A model generated the notes under the pieces. It made no database searches. It saw only the letters and a program-made list of their open reading frames with translations, and had not been told where the DNA came from. 64,000 bases of DNA, taken from sequence record NC_019538.1, one strand, 5' to 3'. The position numbers and the translations under genes are program-made. Shown piece by piece: positions 28,435 to 35,816 of the stretch (position 1 is its first letter; each line of letters opens with the position of its first letter).

Positions 28435-29424
28435 ATGGGTAGTTTTAATACTGTTTGTTCTGTTAGTCGTCAAATCGTTCAAGGTGGTGATAAAGTTCGC
28501 TTGATCCCAGTTGCTGGTAATCACTGTATTAGTGCTTTCCCACTAACTGCGGTGTATGACGATTATGGTGAGTTTGACATTGATGATAATCTTGCATTAG
28601 AATGCTTAATGAAAAACGTATCTATGTTTAACGATGGTGTCTCTAAAGAGAACTTAGCCCATGGGTTTTATCCATACGATGAAAATCGTTGGACAATTCC
28701 AGACCTATGGAACAAAACAAAACACGAGACTTCTTTTATTGTAGTAAAGTCTGATGTATATGATCTCGTCTCGGAGTTTGGTATTACTTGTTGGTGGGAG
28801 AAACCTGTATACGACGTTTCTGATGCAGATGACTGGCTACCGGTAACACCAGAACGAGTCGCTAGGCATCTTGAAACTCTCCAAGAAAGACTGAAAGAGT
28901 TGATCGAAGATAGTGAAGACCCAGAAGATGACATCCTTGTGAATCATGTTAAAATGATGATTGATAGTGTTCATATTGGTAATGCAAAACATTATAGACT
29001 TAACGAATTGATGAAAACCCAAGATCAGATTAATGATTATGCTCATCACGACGATACAACTTATGCAATTTTCAAAAATATTGAAGAATTTGCAAAATTA
29101 GAAAATTTTTATGCCGGTTGCAACAACTTGGATATTGTGTTAACATCACAGGAATATGGTCGTCAGACATGCAAACAGTTTGAAAAGGTTCGTATGATGA
29201 CAAAAATCCAGATTACTGGGTTTAACCAAACAGAAAAAATTCAGTTGACTCCGGTTGAGTGGGATGTTAAAATTCCTTACTCTATGGTTGTGGAATCAAC
29301 TAAACCCAATTGGTCAAATGAAGTTGATTTGATTCGAGTTGGCGACGGTCTTGAAATTACGGACTCTAAATACAATGAGTTCAAAGAGTATAAACACGAT
29401 GATGTCTATCTGAGTGAGAAATGA
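28435..29424 (+). CDS. hypothetical protein (MGSFNTVC family)
   Basis: Likely start ATG 28435 just after the upstream stop; ~329 aa. Confidence 0.75.
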   Translation: MGSFNTVCSVSRQIVQGGDKVRLIPVAGNHCISAFPLTAVYDDYGEFDIDDNLALECLMKNVSMFNDGVSKENLAHGFYPYDENRWTIPDLWNKTKHETSFIVVKSDVYDLVSEFGITCWWEKPVYDVSDADDWLPVTPERVARHLETLQERLKELIEDSEDPEDDILVNHVKMMIDSVHIGNAKHYRLNELMKTQDQINDYAHHDDTTYAIFKNIEEFAKLENFYAGCNNLDIVLTSQEYGRQTCKQFEKVRMMTKIQITGFNQTEKIQLTPVEWDVKIPYSMVVESTKPNWSNEVDLIRVGDGLEITDSKYNEFKEYKHDDVYLSEK

Positions 29425-29674
29425 TATGATGGTTTTAGAAACAGAAAAAGTAAATTTAGCTGGAAGAATATACCCACTAGATATAGCAAACCAAATATGT
29501 TCTGTTCAACCTATAGATCCTGAGCCATTTCGAAAACTGTATGAGCGGGCTAAAGAGAACGAACGTATTAAGATTCGTCTTGCTAAAACCTTTATGGTCC
29601 CTGTATCGAGGATCGATGCATACTGCGTGGAAGCATATCGAATTGGTATAAAAGAAAGTAAAAATAAAAGTTAA
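29414..29674 (+). CDS. hypothetical protein
   Basis: 86-aa ORF overlapping the upstream stop. Confidence 0.65.
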   Translation: MRNDMMVLETEKVNLAGRIYPLDIANQICSVQPIDPEPFRKLYERAKENERIKIRLAKTFMVPVSRIDAYCVEAYRIGIKESKNKS

Positions 29675-29711
29675 ACATTCTTTCTTGTTGTGATATGATG
29701 TTTATATAAAT
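29666..29711 (+). promoter_or_regulatory. sigma70-type early promoter driving the tRNA cluster (copy 1)
   Basis: AAAAGTTAAACAT, 17-nt spacing, TGn-TATGAT, then GTTTATATAAAT; near-identical copy at 30823-30868. Confidence 0.75.
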
Positions 29712-29713
29712 GA

Positions 29714-29806
29714 GCGTGAGTGGCGAAGTTGGTTGAAACGCATCGGACTTAAAATCCGATACTGCATAATGGCACATCGTGGGTTCGATTCCCACCTCAC
29801 GCACCA
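29714..29806 (+). tRNA. tRNA-Leu(TAA)
   Basis: GCGTGAG/CTCACGC acceptor, TCGGA-CTTAAAA-TCCGA, long variable arm, CCA. Confidence 0.95.
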
Positions 29807-29811
29807 AATAC

Positions 29812-29878
29812 GAGATGATAAACTCAAATTCCTTTTTGTTGAATGAGATTTTTGGACGTTATATGAGTTTATCATCTC
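29812..29878. repeat. 15-bp perfect inverted repeat with 37-nt spacer
   Basis: GAGATGATAAACTCA ... TGAGTTTATCATCTC. Confidence 0.85.
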
Positions 29879-29903
29879 TCAAATTTAATATGAGAGGCTT
29901 AAT

Positions 29904-30041
29904 ATGAACGTATACATCAGAAATTACATGTGTGAAGTCCTTTGGGTTAGTATCTTCAACGAAGATCACTGTAAAGGTAAATGTGTTAAGATTATGCGTG
30001 GTAAACATTTGAAGCCTTTCTATCAAAAATCGAGATATTAA
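29904..30041 (+). CDS. small hypothetical protein (45 aa)
   Basis: GAGG RBS; MNVYIRNYMCEVLWVSIFNEDHCKGKCVKIMRGKHLKPFYQKSRY. Confidence 0.6.
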   Translation: MNVYIRNYMCEVLWVSIFNEDHCKGKCVKIMRGKHLKPFYQKSRY

Positions 30042-30042
30042 A

Positions 30043-30432
30043 ATGAAAGTGAAGCTTGGTGCCTATAACCTTAATGAAAAAAGTTCTTTGGTTAATACGA
30101 ACGGTATAAAATTCATTTTGAGTGAACAAGTTATAGATGAATTTTCTAAAAAACTACCTGTTCTAATCAATTTTGGTCAAAAATGTTTTAACATCGATAA
30201 TGTTAGAGATACACCCGATCCGGTTGGTATTCTAAATTCAGTAGAAACTTACAAGAAAGATAATATCATTATTGTTACTGGTGATGTAGAAATAACCAAT
30301 GGTAAAGTATATGATGTTCATGGATGTTTACCTTCTTTTTGTGTCAGAACTTTAACTAATCGTCATGGTGATACTTGCAAAGTTATCGAAATCATTGCAT
30401 GGGACGTGGAAATATATGAAGGTTTATCATGA
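30043..30432 (+). CDS. hypothetical protein
   Basis: 129-aa ORF tightly packed with neighbours. Confidence 0.7.
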   Translation: MKVKLGAYNLNEKSSLVNTNGIKFILSEQVIDEFSKKLPVLINFGQKCFNIDNVRDTPDPVGILNSVETYKKDNIIIVTGDVEITNGKVYDVHGCLPSFCVRTLTNRHGDTCKVIEIIAWDVEIYEGLS

Positions 30433-30824
30433 ATAAACGTGATATCCATCTCATTGGTATTAGTAAGTTTGTCAAGAAAGGTCTCACTGTTATTCAATCT
30501 AGTTTGATCTTCAAGCAAACAAGTGATGAATGGAAAAATCTCCATGATGTTGATGTGGACAAAATTTATTGCTATATTAACAATGATGGTAAGGATATCT
30601 ACGCAATTGGTAGACTCAAATCCTGTTGTGGGCCTTGGTTGAGTGTTAGTTGTCGTTCTCTTCGTAAAAAAGGTTATATAGCATTTGACTTTAACGATGA
30701 AATTGAGATACCATATGGTTCTGGGATGAAAACTGCTTATAGGGTGTTGTTTTCTGATACCCCTAAATACGAGTATGAAGAAGCCAGACATCCAGTCGCT
30801 TACTTCGAAAAATACTTCAAATAA
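30429..30824 (+). CDS. hypothetical protein
   Basis: 131-aa ORF, ATGA overlap. Confidence 0.7.
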   Translation: MNKRDIHLIGISKFVKKGLTVIQSSLIFKQTSDEWKNLHDVDVDKIYCYINNDGKDIYAIGRLKSCCGPWLSVSCRSLRKKGYIAFDFNDEIEIPYGSGMKTAYRVLFSDTPKYEYEEARHPVAYFEKYFK

Positions 30825-30868
30825 AAGTTAAACATCCTTTCTAACTATGATATGATGTTTATATAAAT
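30823..30868 (+). promoter_or_regulatory. sigma70-type early promoter driving the tRNA cluster (copy 2)
   Basis: Same architecture as 29666-29711; tRNA-Arg starts 2 nt later. Confidence 0.75.
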
Positions 30869-30869
30869 T

Positions 30870-30946
30870 GCGCTGTTAGCTCAGTTGGATAGAGCAACGT
30901 TCTTCTAAAGCGTGGGTCACTGGTTCGAATCCAGTACGGCGCACCA
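30870..30946 (+). tRNA. tRNA-Arg(TCT)
   Basis: Cloverleaf, loop CTTCTAA, TTCGAAT, CCA. Confidence 0.95.
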
Positions 30947-31030
30947 CGGGATGTGGTGAAATTGGCAGACACACTAGATTTAGGTTCTAGCGCCATAGGC
31001 GTGACGGTTCGAGTCCGTCCATCCCGACCA
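30947..31030 (+). tRNA. tRNA-Leu(TAG)
   Basis: CTAGA-TTTAGGT-TCTAG, variable arm, CCA; abuts tRNA-Arg. Confidence 0.95.
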
Positions 31031-31031
31031 A

Positions 31032-31107
31032 GCGGGTAAGGTGTTTATGGATACATGCAAGCCTTCCAAGTTTGAGTAGACCGGATCGTTACCGGCTACC
31101 CGCTCCA
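31032..31107 (+). tRNA. tRNA-Gly(TCC) with atypical T-loop
   Basis: GCGGGTA/TACCCGC acceptor, loop CTTCCAA, T-loop ATCGTTA, CCA. Confidence 0.85.
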
Positions 31108-31118
31108 AAATTTAAAAT

Positions 31119-31188
31119 TGATGTGTTACAGCTATCAGCTCACCGTTGAAAAAATACGGATAAGTCGGCTCGACTAAAGAACATATCA
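31119..31188 (+). ncRNA. compact tRNA-like cloverleaf without CCA (degenerate tRNA or mimic)
   Basis: 9-bp closing stem plus three short hairpins. Confidence 0.4.
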
Positions 31189-31191
31189 TTT

Positions 31192-31268
31192 GGCCCCTTA
31201 GCTCAGTTGGTTAGAGCAGCCGACTCATAATCGGTTGGTCACTGGTTCGAGTCCAGTAGGGGCCACCA
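31192..31268 (+). tRNA. tRNA-Ile2(CAT, lysidine type) / Met
   Basis: GGCCCCT acceptor and overall sequence resemble enterobacterial ileX; loop CTCATAA. Confidence 0.9.
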
Positions 31269-31286
31269 GATAAAGGGAAACGTGAT

Positions 31287-31526
31287 ATGAAAATGGAATA
31301 TGTTGGTGATAACGGATTAAAGTCATTTGATGTAAATTCTCCAACCGAATTGATTTCATATAAACATATCGGGTTTTCTGATTGGGATATCGATATTATA
31401 TCGAATTCCATATCTAAACTATCTGTTATTTATTGGTCCGATACACCTCCTTGGATAAAAGAAAATAAGATATCATGGTGTGTTGATAAAGAACGGTTGA
31501 TAGATTATATTAATAAGAGCTGTTAA
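31287..31526 (+). CDS. hypothetical protein within the tRNA cluster
   Basis: 79-aa ORF, AAGGG RBS. Confidence 0.65.
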   Translation: MKMEYVGDNGLKSFDVNSPTELISYKHIGFSDWDIDIISNSISKLSVIYWSDTPPWIKENKISWCVDKERLIDYINKSC

Positions 31527-31633
31527 GAGTTCCATAGCTCTCTAAATTATCAAAAGGGATGTTGATGCGCGTGTGTAGCCGGGTTATAATGACCAAGATT
31601 CATGAAGGGTGAAAGACCACCCTAAATATTCAT

Positions 31634-31711
31634 AGCGGGGTGGAGAAGTCAGGAGTTCTCACCAGACTCATTATCTGGAAATCGGTGGTTCAAATCCACC
31701 TCCCGCTTCCA
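31634..31711 (+). tRNA. tRNA-Met(CAT), fMet-like body with atypical identity elements
   Basis: AGCGGGG..TCCCGCT acceptor, CCAGA-CTCATTA-TCTGG, CCA. Confidence 0.85.
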
Positions 31712-31712
31712 A

Positions 31713-31789
31713 TGGCGTGTAACTCAGTAGGTTAGAGTGGCGGACTGTTAATCCGTATGTCGTGGGTTCGAATCCCACCTCGCCAGCCA
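31713..31789 (+). tRNA. tRNA-Asn(GTT)
   Basis: GCGGA-CTGTTAA-TCCGT, TTCGAAT, CCA. Confidence 0.93.
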
Positions 31790-31794
31790 ATTCT

Positions 31795-31885
31795 GGATGT
31801 TCGGCTACGATGGCGGTGTAGCGGCGGACTGTAAATCCGTTCCCTCTGGGTAAACAAGTTGGTTCGAATCCAACAGCATCCACCA
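31795..31885 (+). tRNA. tRNA-Tyr(GTA)
   Basis: GCGGA-CTGTAAA-TCCGT, long variable arm, CCA. Confidence 0.92.
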
Positions 31886-31892
31886 AATAGAA

Positions 31893-32037
31893 GAAGTTAG
31901 AAGACGTTCTGATAAAATCCTCGGAGACGATGCCCCCTTGCGGTTTTAGACCGTTACGGATAAGCACGGGGTAATCCAAATCAACCATTATAGGGATGTG
32001 GTCATCTGGTATGCGAATACAGTTGGTTTGGAACTTT
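31893..32037 (+). ncRNA. candidate structured ncRNA between tRNA-Tyr and tRNA-Pro
   Basis: No ORF; TCCAAATCAAC/GTTGGTTTGGA stem and further hairpins. Confidence 0.4.
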
Positions 32038-32038
32038 T

Positions 32039-32114
32039 CGGTGATTAGCGCAGTTGGTAGCGCGTCTGGTTTGGGACCAGAGGGTCACAGGTTCGAGTCC
32101 TGTATCACCGACCA
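32039..32114 (+). tRNA. tRNA-Pro(TGG)
   Basis: CGGTGAT/ATCACCG acceptor, loop TTTGGGA, CCA. Confidence 0.95.
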
Positions 32115-32390
32115 CTTAGCACAAAGAACGGGTAATGACGTATGCCCCGGAATAAGCCAGCCATAGAGAATCTGGATATCCTGAAACGTGCCATTAGGTT
32201 TCAGGCGGGATTGGTAGTATAAAGACGATATGGTAACTACCCCTTGACAGGCAGGGTGAAACTTGAGGTAACAGTCCTTTACCAAACAACGAACAGATGG
32301 ACAAAAATCGGTTGAACGTCCTTCCTCCTTGTGATAGCATGTCAACCAAGGATATAATCACAGTCTAAGGATCCTGATTATATTCCGCCT
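32115..32390 (+). ncRNA. candidate structured ncRNA between tRNA-Pro and tRNA-Thr
   Basis: ~275 nt, no plausible plus-strand ORF, multiple stems. Confidence 0.4.
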
Positions 32391-32466
32391 GCCGGGTTAG
32401 CTCAGTTGATAGAGCGACGGTCTTGTAATCCGTAGGTCGTGGGTTTGAGTCCCACACTCGGCTCCA
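32391..32466 (+). tRNA. tRNA-Thr(TGT)
   Basis: GCCGGGT/ACTCGGC acceptor, loop CTTGTAA, CCA. Confidence 0.9.
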
Positions 32467-32472
32467 AATTTT

Positions 32473-33020
32473 GGATTCTCGTCAATAGTCCGGTCTATGA
32501 GAATCGACGCTTTAAGTGGCCCACCGGTATTTGTAAAGAGTGACTGTCTCTAGTGGAAGCTAGAAAATAAAAACCGAACCCCGACCTCTCCCATTACTCA
32601 AATGGTGATGTAGGTTCCTTTCCTGTAATAAGGTTCCTGTCCGCGACGGGTAAAAGGTTACATAGGGAGTCTGCTTGTGAATGACCACTGATCCAAGCCA
32701 TCACATAAGCGCGTCTGTAATGACGTTAAATATAAAGGCTTAGATTCCCGAAAGGGCCTAAGCGTAAAAGAAGGAGCCAGCGAATTTATTTTCTGGTGTA
32801 CCGAGAAACTAGTATATTATTCCTTCCATATAATGTTATATGTTCTGGTTGATATACGTTAGGCGAAAAGGCTTAGATTATCCCTCTGGGATCCTAAGCG
32901 TAAAAGTAACGAGCAAGACCTTCTTGTAGGCTTAACTCATTGGGGTGTTTGAGGTTTACATGTGTGGGCTCGGGTAGCCAATGCTATTAAGTCCGGTGAT
33001 GGTGCGACCGGATCGATTCT
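32473..33020 (+). ncRNA. candidate large structured ncRNA(s) between tRNA-Thr and tRNA-Trp
   Basis: ~550 nt without an ORF; many stems; duplicated hairpin motif at 32734-32770 and 32867-32906. Confidence 0.5.
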
Positions 33021-33095
33021 AGGGTGTTAGTATAGTGGTATTATGCCGGATTCCAAATCCGTGCGACTGGGGTTCGAATCCTCAACGCCCTGCCA
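33021..33095 (+). tRNA. tRNA-Trp(CCA)
   Basis: AGGGTGT/ACGCCCT acceptor, loop TTCCAAA, CCA. Confidence 0.9.
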
Positions 33096-33274
33096 ATTTA
33101 CGGAACCACAACAACAAGTATGTGCCTTGGTGGTTCGACCTGCTTTGCAGCCGCACATGAAGCTAAAACTTAAAAAGAGAGGTTGTATATGTCACCGCTA
33201 AACGCAAGCCGTTAGGACGTAAAGGTAAAAATAGTGTTTTTGTAAATGGTTATACCAATAGTGGTATTCCGGTT

Positions 33275-33511
33275 TTGTGTAATGTATTTTATCAGTTTGA
33301 AACAAATGGTATTCCGTTGGATATTCTGATAGAGAAATTTTATAATTCCGGTTATATTATTGATTGGGTTTCTTTCGTTAATGATGCTTTCAAGATCGGA
33401 TGGAAGAAAGAAACTGTAATAAAAAAGATAAAGTATGCATTTGATGATATTGAGATAAATGATTCAGATGAAATACTAAACCGAGTGATTAAATACATAG
33501 AAAGCCTGTAA
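33275..33511 (+). CDS. hypothetical protein (FETNGIPLD motif); true start uncertain
   Basis: Frame is open from 33167; only a TTG start is available. Confidence 0.55.
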   Translation: MCNVFYQFETNGIPLDILIEKFYNSGYIIDWVSFVNDAFKIGWKKETVIKKIKYAFDDIEINDSDEILNRVIKYIESL

Positions 33512-33521
33512 GGAACGATAT

Positions 33522-33773
33522 ATGGGTAAGACATTTCGTCGTAAAAATGAAAAACATCTGGACAGTTGGTATGGTGATGAACTTAAAGTGAATCGGGATC
33601 TGGGAGATAAATATCCTAGTTATCCAGAATCGGGTGTCAAAGATCGTTATAATACATTGAGTCGTCAAAGGGATCGTAAATTGAAACATGATATCATGCA
33701 TGGAAATCACGATGTTTTTGTTGATGATGATTACGAAATGAAAAAGGCTAACGCCGGTTATCAATATAGTTAA
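33522..33773 (+). CDS. small basic hypothetical protein (MGKTFRR family)
   Basis: AAGGA RBS, 83 aa. Confidence 0.75.
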   Translation: MGKTFRRKNEKHLDSWYGDELKVNRDLGDKYPSYPESGVKDRYNTLSRQRDRKLKHDIMHGNHDVFVDDDYEMKKANAGYQYS

Positions 33774-33788
33774 GATTTTAAAGTGTAC

Positions 33789-34019
33789 GCGCCCCAAGAG
33801 TGGCGCAGCGGCGTCAAACAATACGAGTCAAGGGTAAAGGTGATATCCTGTATTGTCACTAGACGAAAAGAGATCATATTGCCTCGATTATGATCCCCGT
33901 TTTAAAGAGGGTGGTGTGACCTACCACTATCAAAAGGTTGTCGTCTGACACCAAAGACGACGTTCGGCAACGGGGACTTTATCTTGCTTTGACTGGCTTG
34001 ATATAGTCCCCGTTTTTCT
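33789..34019 (+). ncRNA. candidate multi-hairpin ncRNA ending in a terminator
   Basis: At least 6 hairpins; the last is AACGGGGACT/AGTCCCCGTT followed by TTT. Confidence 0.45.
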
Positions 34020-34035
34020 TTTTATTAACGGAGAA

Positions 34036-34227
34036 TTGGATATGTGGACTGGAATTTTTATTGTGTATTTGATTGGTGTTCTGGTATTCATTACCGCATT
34101 TGGGATTACCGATCATCAAGACCGAGAAGAGGATAGGATCCCTACTTTTAAAGAGGCTATGGATTATCTTGCGGTCTCTGCGTTTTGGCCCGTTTTGATT
34201 GCCATGTCGATTATTCGTAGTCTGTAA
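34036..34227 (+). CDS. small two-TM membrane protein
   Basis: Two hydrophobic segments; FWPV motif. Confidence 0.65.
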   Translation: MDMWTGIFIVYLIGVLVFITAFGITDHQDREEDRIPTFKEAMDYLAVSAFWPVLIAMSIIRSL

Positions 34228-34265
34228 CCCCTAAATATGTTCATAACAACTTTAGGAGAATTTAA

Positions 34266-34472
34266 ATGGCTATGATGCATGAGAAAAGTCATGCCCGAGA
34301 GGGTCGTGGTGGTGCCAATGGTGGCAATGAAAAATGGTATAACTCCAAGCTATGGGAAAACGTAGAAGCCAAACAGGTTAGTCTGGATGCAAAGCCGGAT
34401 GAACTGTTGAAAGAGAAAGAAGGTGAAGACCTTCGGGCAAAACAGCGTCGCATGTTCGCGATGGCTTATTAA
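34266..34472 (+). CDS. hypothetical protein with late promoter (CTAAATA 34231-34237)
   Basis: AGGAG RBS, 68 aa. Confidence 0.75.
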   Translation: MAMMHEKSHAREGRGGANGGNEKWYNSKLWENVEAKQVSLDAKPDELLKEKEGEDLRAKQRRMFAMAY

Positions 34473-34500
34473 AATAAACTAATAAGAAGGTAAAACAGAT

Positions 34501-35055
34501 ATGATGATATCGCCAAACAGTTTCTTTAGAGACGAATATGTTAGTATGGTAAACAAAAAATTAAAATTATTTAAAAGATCTGAATATATAGACAGGAGCC
34601 GATTGATGATGTCTCCTGATGCATTCCAACAAGAGTTGGGGACTATATGCTTGGATATGGGAAGACAAACAGGAAAAACATCTGCTGCTATTATGTTGTT
34701 AGAAGAACATAAAGACGCTTTGTATGTTGTTCATAACCATCCTACTATCAGATCTATATTGTCGGTGGCACCACATTTAAAAGACCAAGTGTTGTCGATT
34801 AGCGACTTTGTTAATAGGTTTTATTCTCGTGGTACATACAATCATGTTATTCATGGAAGTAGGATTGAAAAATATAGTATGATCATTATTGATGAACCGT
34901 ATTTCACATGTACCAATGGTCAGAGACAATTTACTAATCGTAATAGTTGTTCATATCACTTGGATGGTGGTAAAGAAATAAATACCACATACGGTCTAAT
35001 TAGTTATGCCGCATTTAGGATGGATTCATTAATCGTTAAATTGGGAATGCAATGA
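34501..35055 (+). CDS. small P-loop NTPase-like protein
   Basis: Walker A GRQTGKT and Walker B IIIDE; 184 aa. Confidence 0.7.
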   Translation: MMISPNSFFRDEYVSMVNKKLKLFKRSEYIDRSRLMMSPDAFQQELGTICLDMGRQTGKTSAAIMLLEEHKDALYVVHNHPTIRSILSVAPHLKDQVLSISDFVNRFYSRGTYNHVIHGSRIEKYSMIIIDEPYFTCTNGQRQFTNRNSCSYHLDGGKEINTTYGLISYAAFRMDSLIVKLGMQ

Positions 35056-35453
35056 AAATAGCTTATAAATATGATATGAAACGAATCTCAGATAGAGTAT
35101 CTATATTCGTTACTCTTGGATTGAAGACTGTTGCAAAGATTCACTATCTCCATCTTACAACCAACAATTATGCGCTTCATATGGCACTGGATGAGTTCTA
35201 TAAAGAATTCCCAGATGACTACCTTGATTCGGTAGCAGAAAGCGCCTTGGCTAACGATATCGAGTTGGTATACAACCACTTCGAAGTTGCGTCAGACGAT
35301 GCCCTAGGTGTGTTACAGGGGCTATATGACAACGGTTCGGAGTTGGCTGAGTTACTTGATGGAAAACCAGAGTTTAAAGGAACTTTAAACGCACTTGAGG
35401 ATTCATTGGAGTTCATTAAGCTGGTGATCTACAAGGTAAAACGTTTCAAATAA
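35052..35453 (+). CDS. hypothetical protein
   Basis: 133-aa ORF, ATGA overlap, followed by a hairpin. Confidence 0.7.
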   Translation: MKIAYKYDMKRISDRVSIFVTLGLKTVAKIHYLHLTTNNYALHMALDEFYKEFPDDYLDSVAESALANDIELVYNHFEVASDDALGVLQGLYDNGSELAELLDGKPEFKGTLNALEDSLEFIKLVIYKVKRFK

Positions 35454-35489
35454 AAACATCCCTCGTCTATTGACGGGGGATTTTCATTT

Positions 35490-35783
35490 GTGTATAGTGA
35501 AGAAACTATAAGAATAAAAAGGAATAAAAAGATGTACGATGTAAAACGTGTTATTGAAATCTGCGAAGAAGCTTACGAAAAGGTAGAAGTTGTTGATATG
35601 GGTAACTATACCAAGATCAAAACTTTCTACACTAAAGTTTGCTTTTTTGATGAACCATGTGAAATGGTATGTGAATATATTGTTGGTGTTATGGAATCCG
35701 GTATTGTTGTTACTAGATTCAAAGACAAACGGATGATGGTATTCAAGACGATTGAAGAGTTTTCTTATTGGGTAGATGCCTAA
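35490..35783 (+). CDS. hypothetical protein
   Basis: 97-aa ORF (start may be ATG 35532); stop overlaps a CTAAATA. Confidence 0.65.
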   Translation: MYSEETIRIKRNKKMYDVKRVIEICEEAYEKVEVVDMGNYTKIKTFYTKVCFFDEPCEMVCEYIVGVMESGIVVTRFKDKRMMVFKTIEEFSYWVDA

Positions 35784-35816
35784 ATACCAAGGTAATCAAC
35801 CTATAGGAAAATTAAA

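Noticed and set aside
29666-30868. Two near-identical ~46-bp repeats as a CRISPR-like array
   Set aside because: Only two copies, 1.1 kb apart, each directly upstream of a tRNA with -35/-10 spacing; these are promoters. No cas genes in the window.
29592-32345. Minus-strand ORFs over tRNA genes (29592-29807, 31211-31411, 31671-31988, 32085-32345)
   Set aside because: Antisense translations of tRNA sequences.
32473-32540. HDV-like/theta ribozyme after tRNA-Thr
   Set aside because: There is a P1/P3-like nesting but no P1.1 GG, no J4/2 catalytic C and no P2 3' strand in the right order.
32710-32770. Pistol-ribozyme-like words (GACGTTAAATA ... CCTAAGCGT)
   Set aside because: The P1 loop (TGTAAT) is not complementary to the segment before GCG, so the required pseudoknot is missing; CTAAGC is better explained by pairing with GCTTAG.
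32940-33020. tmRNA-like 5' end (GGGGTGTTTG)
   Set aside because: No matching T-arm/CCA 3' end and no tag ORF.
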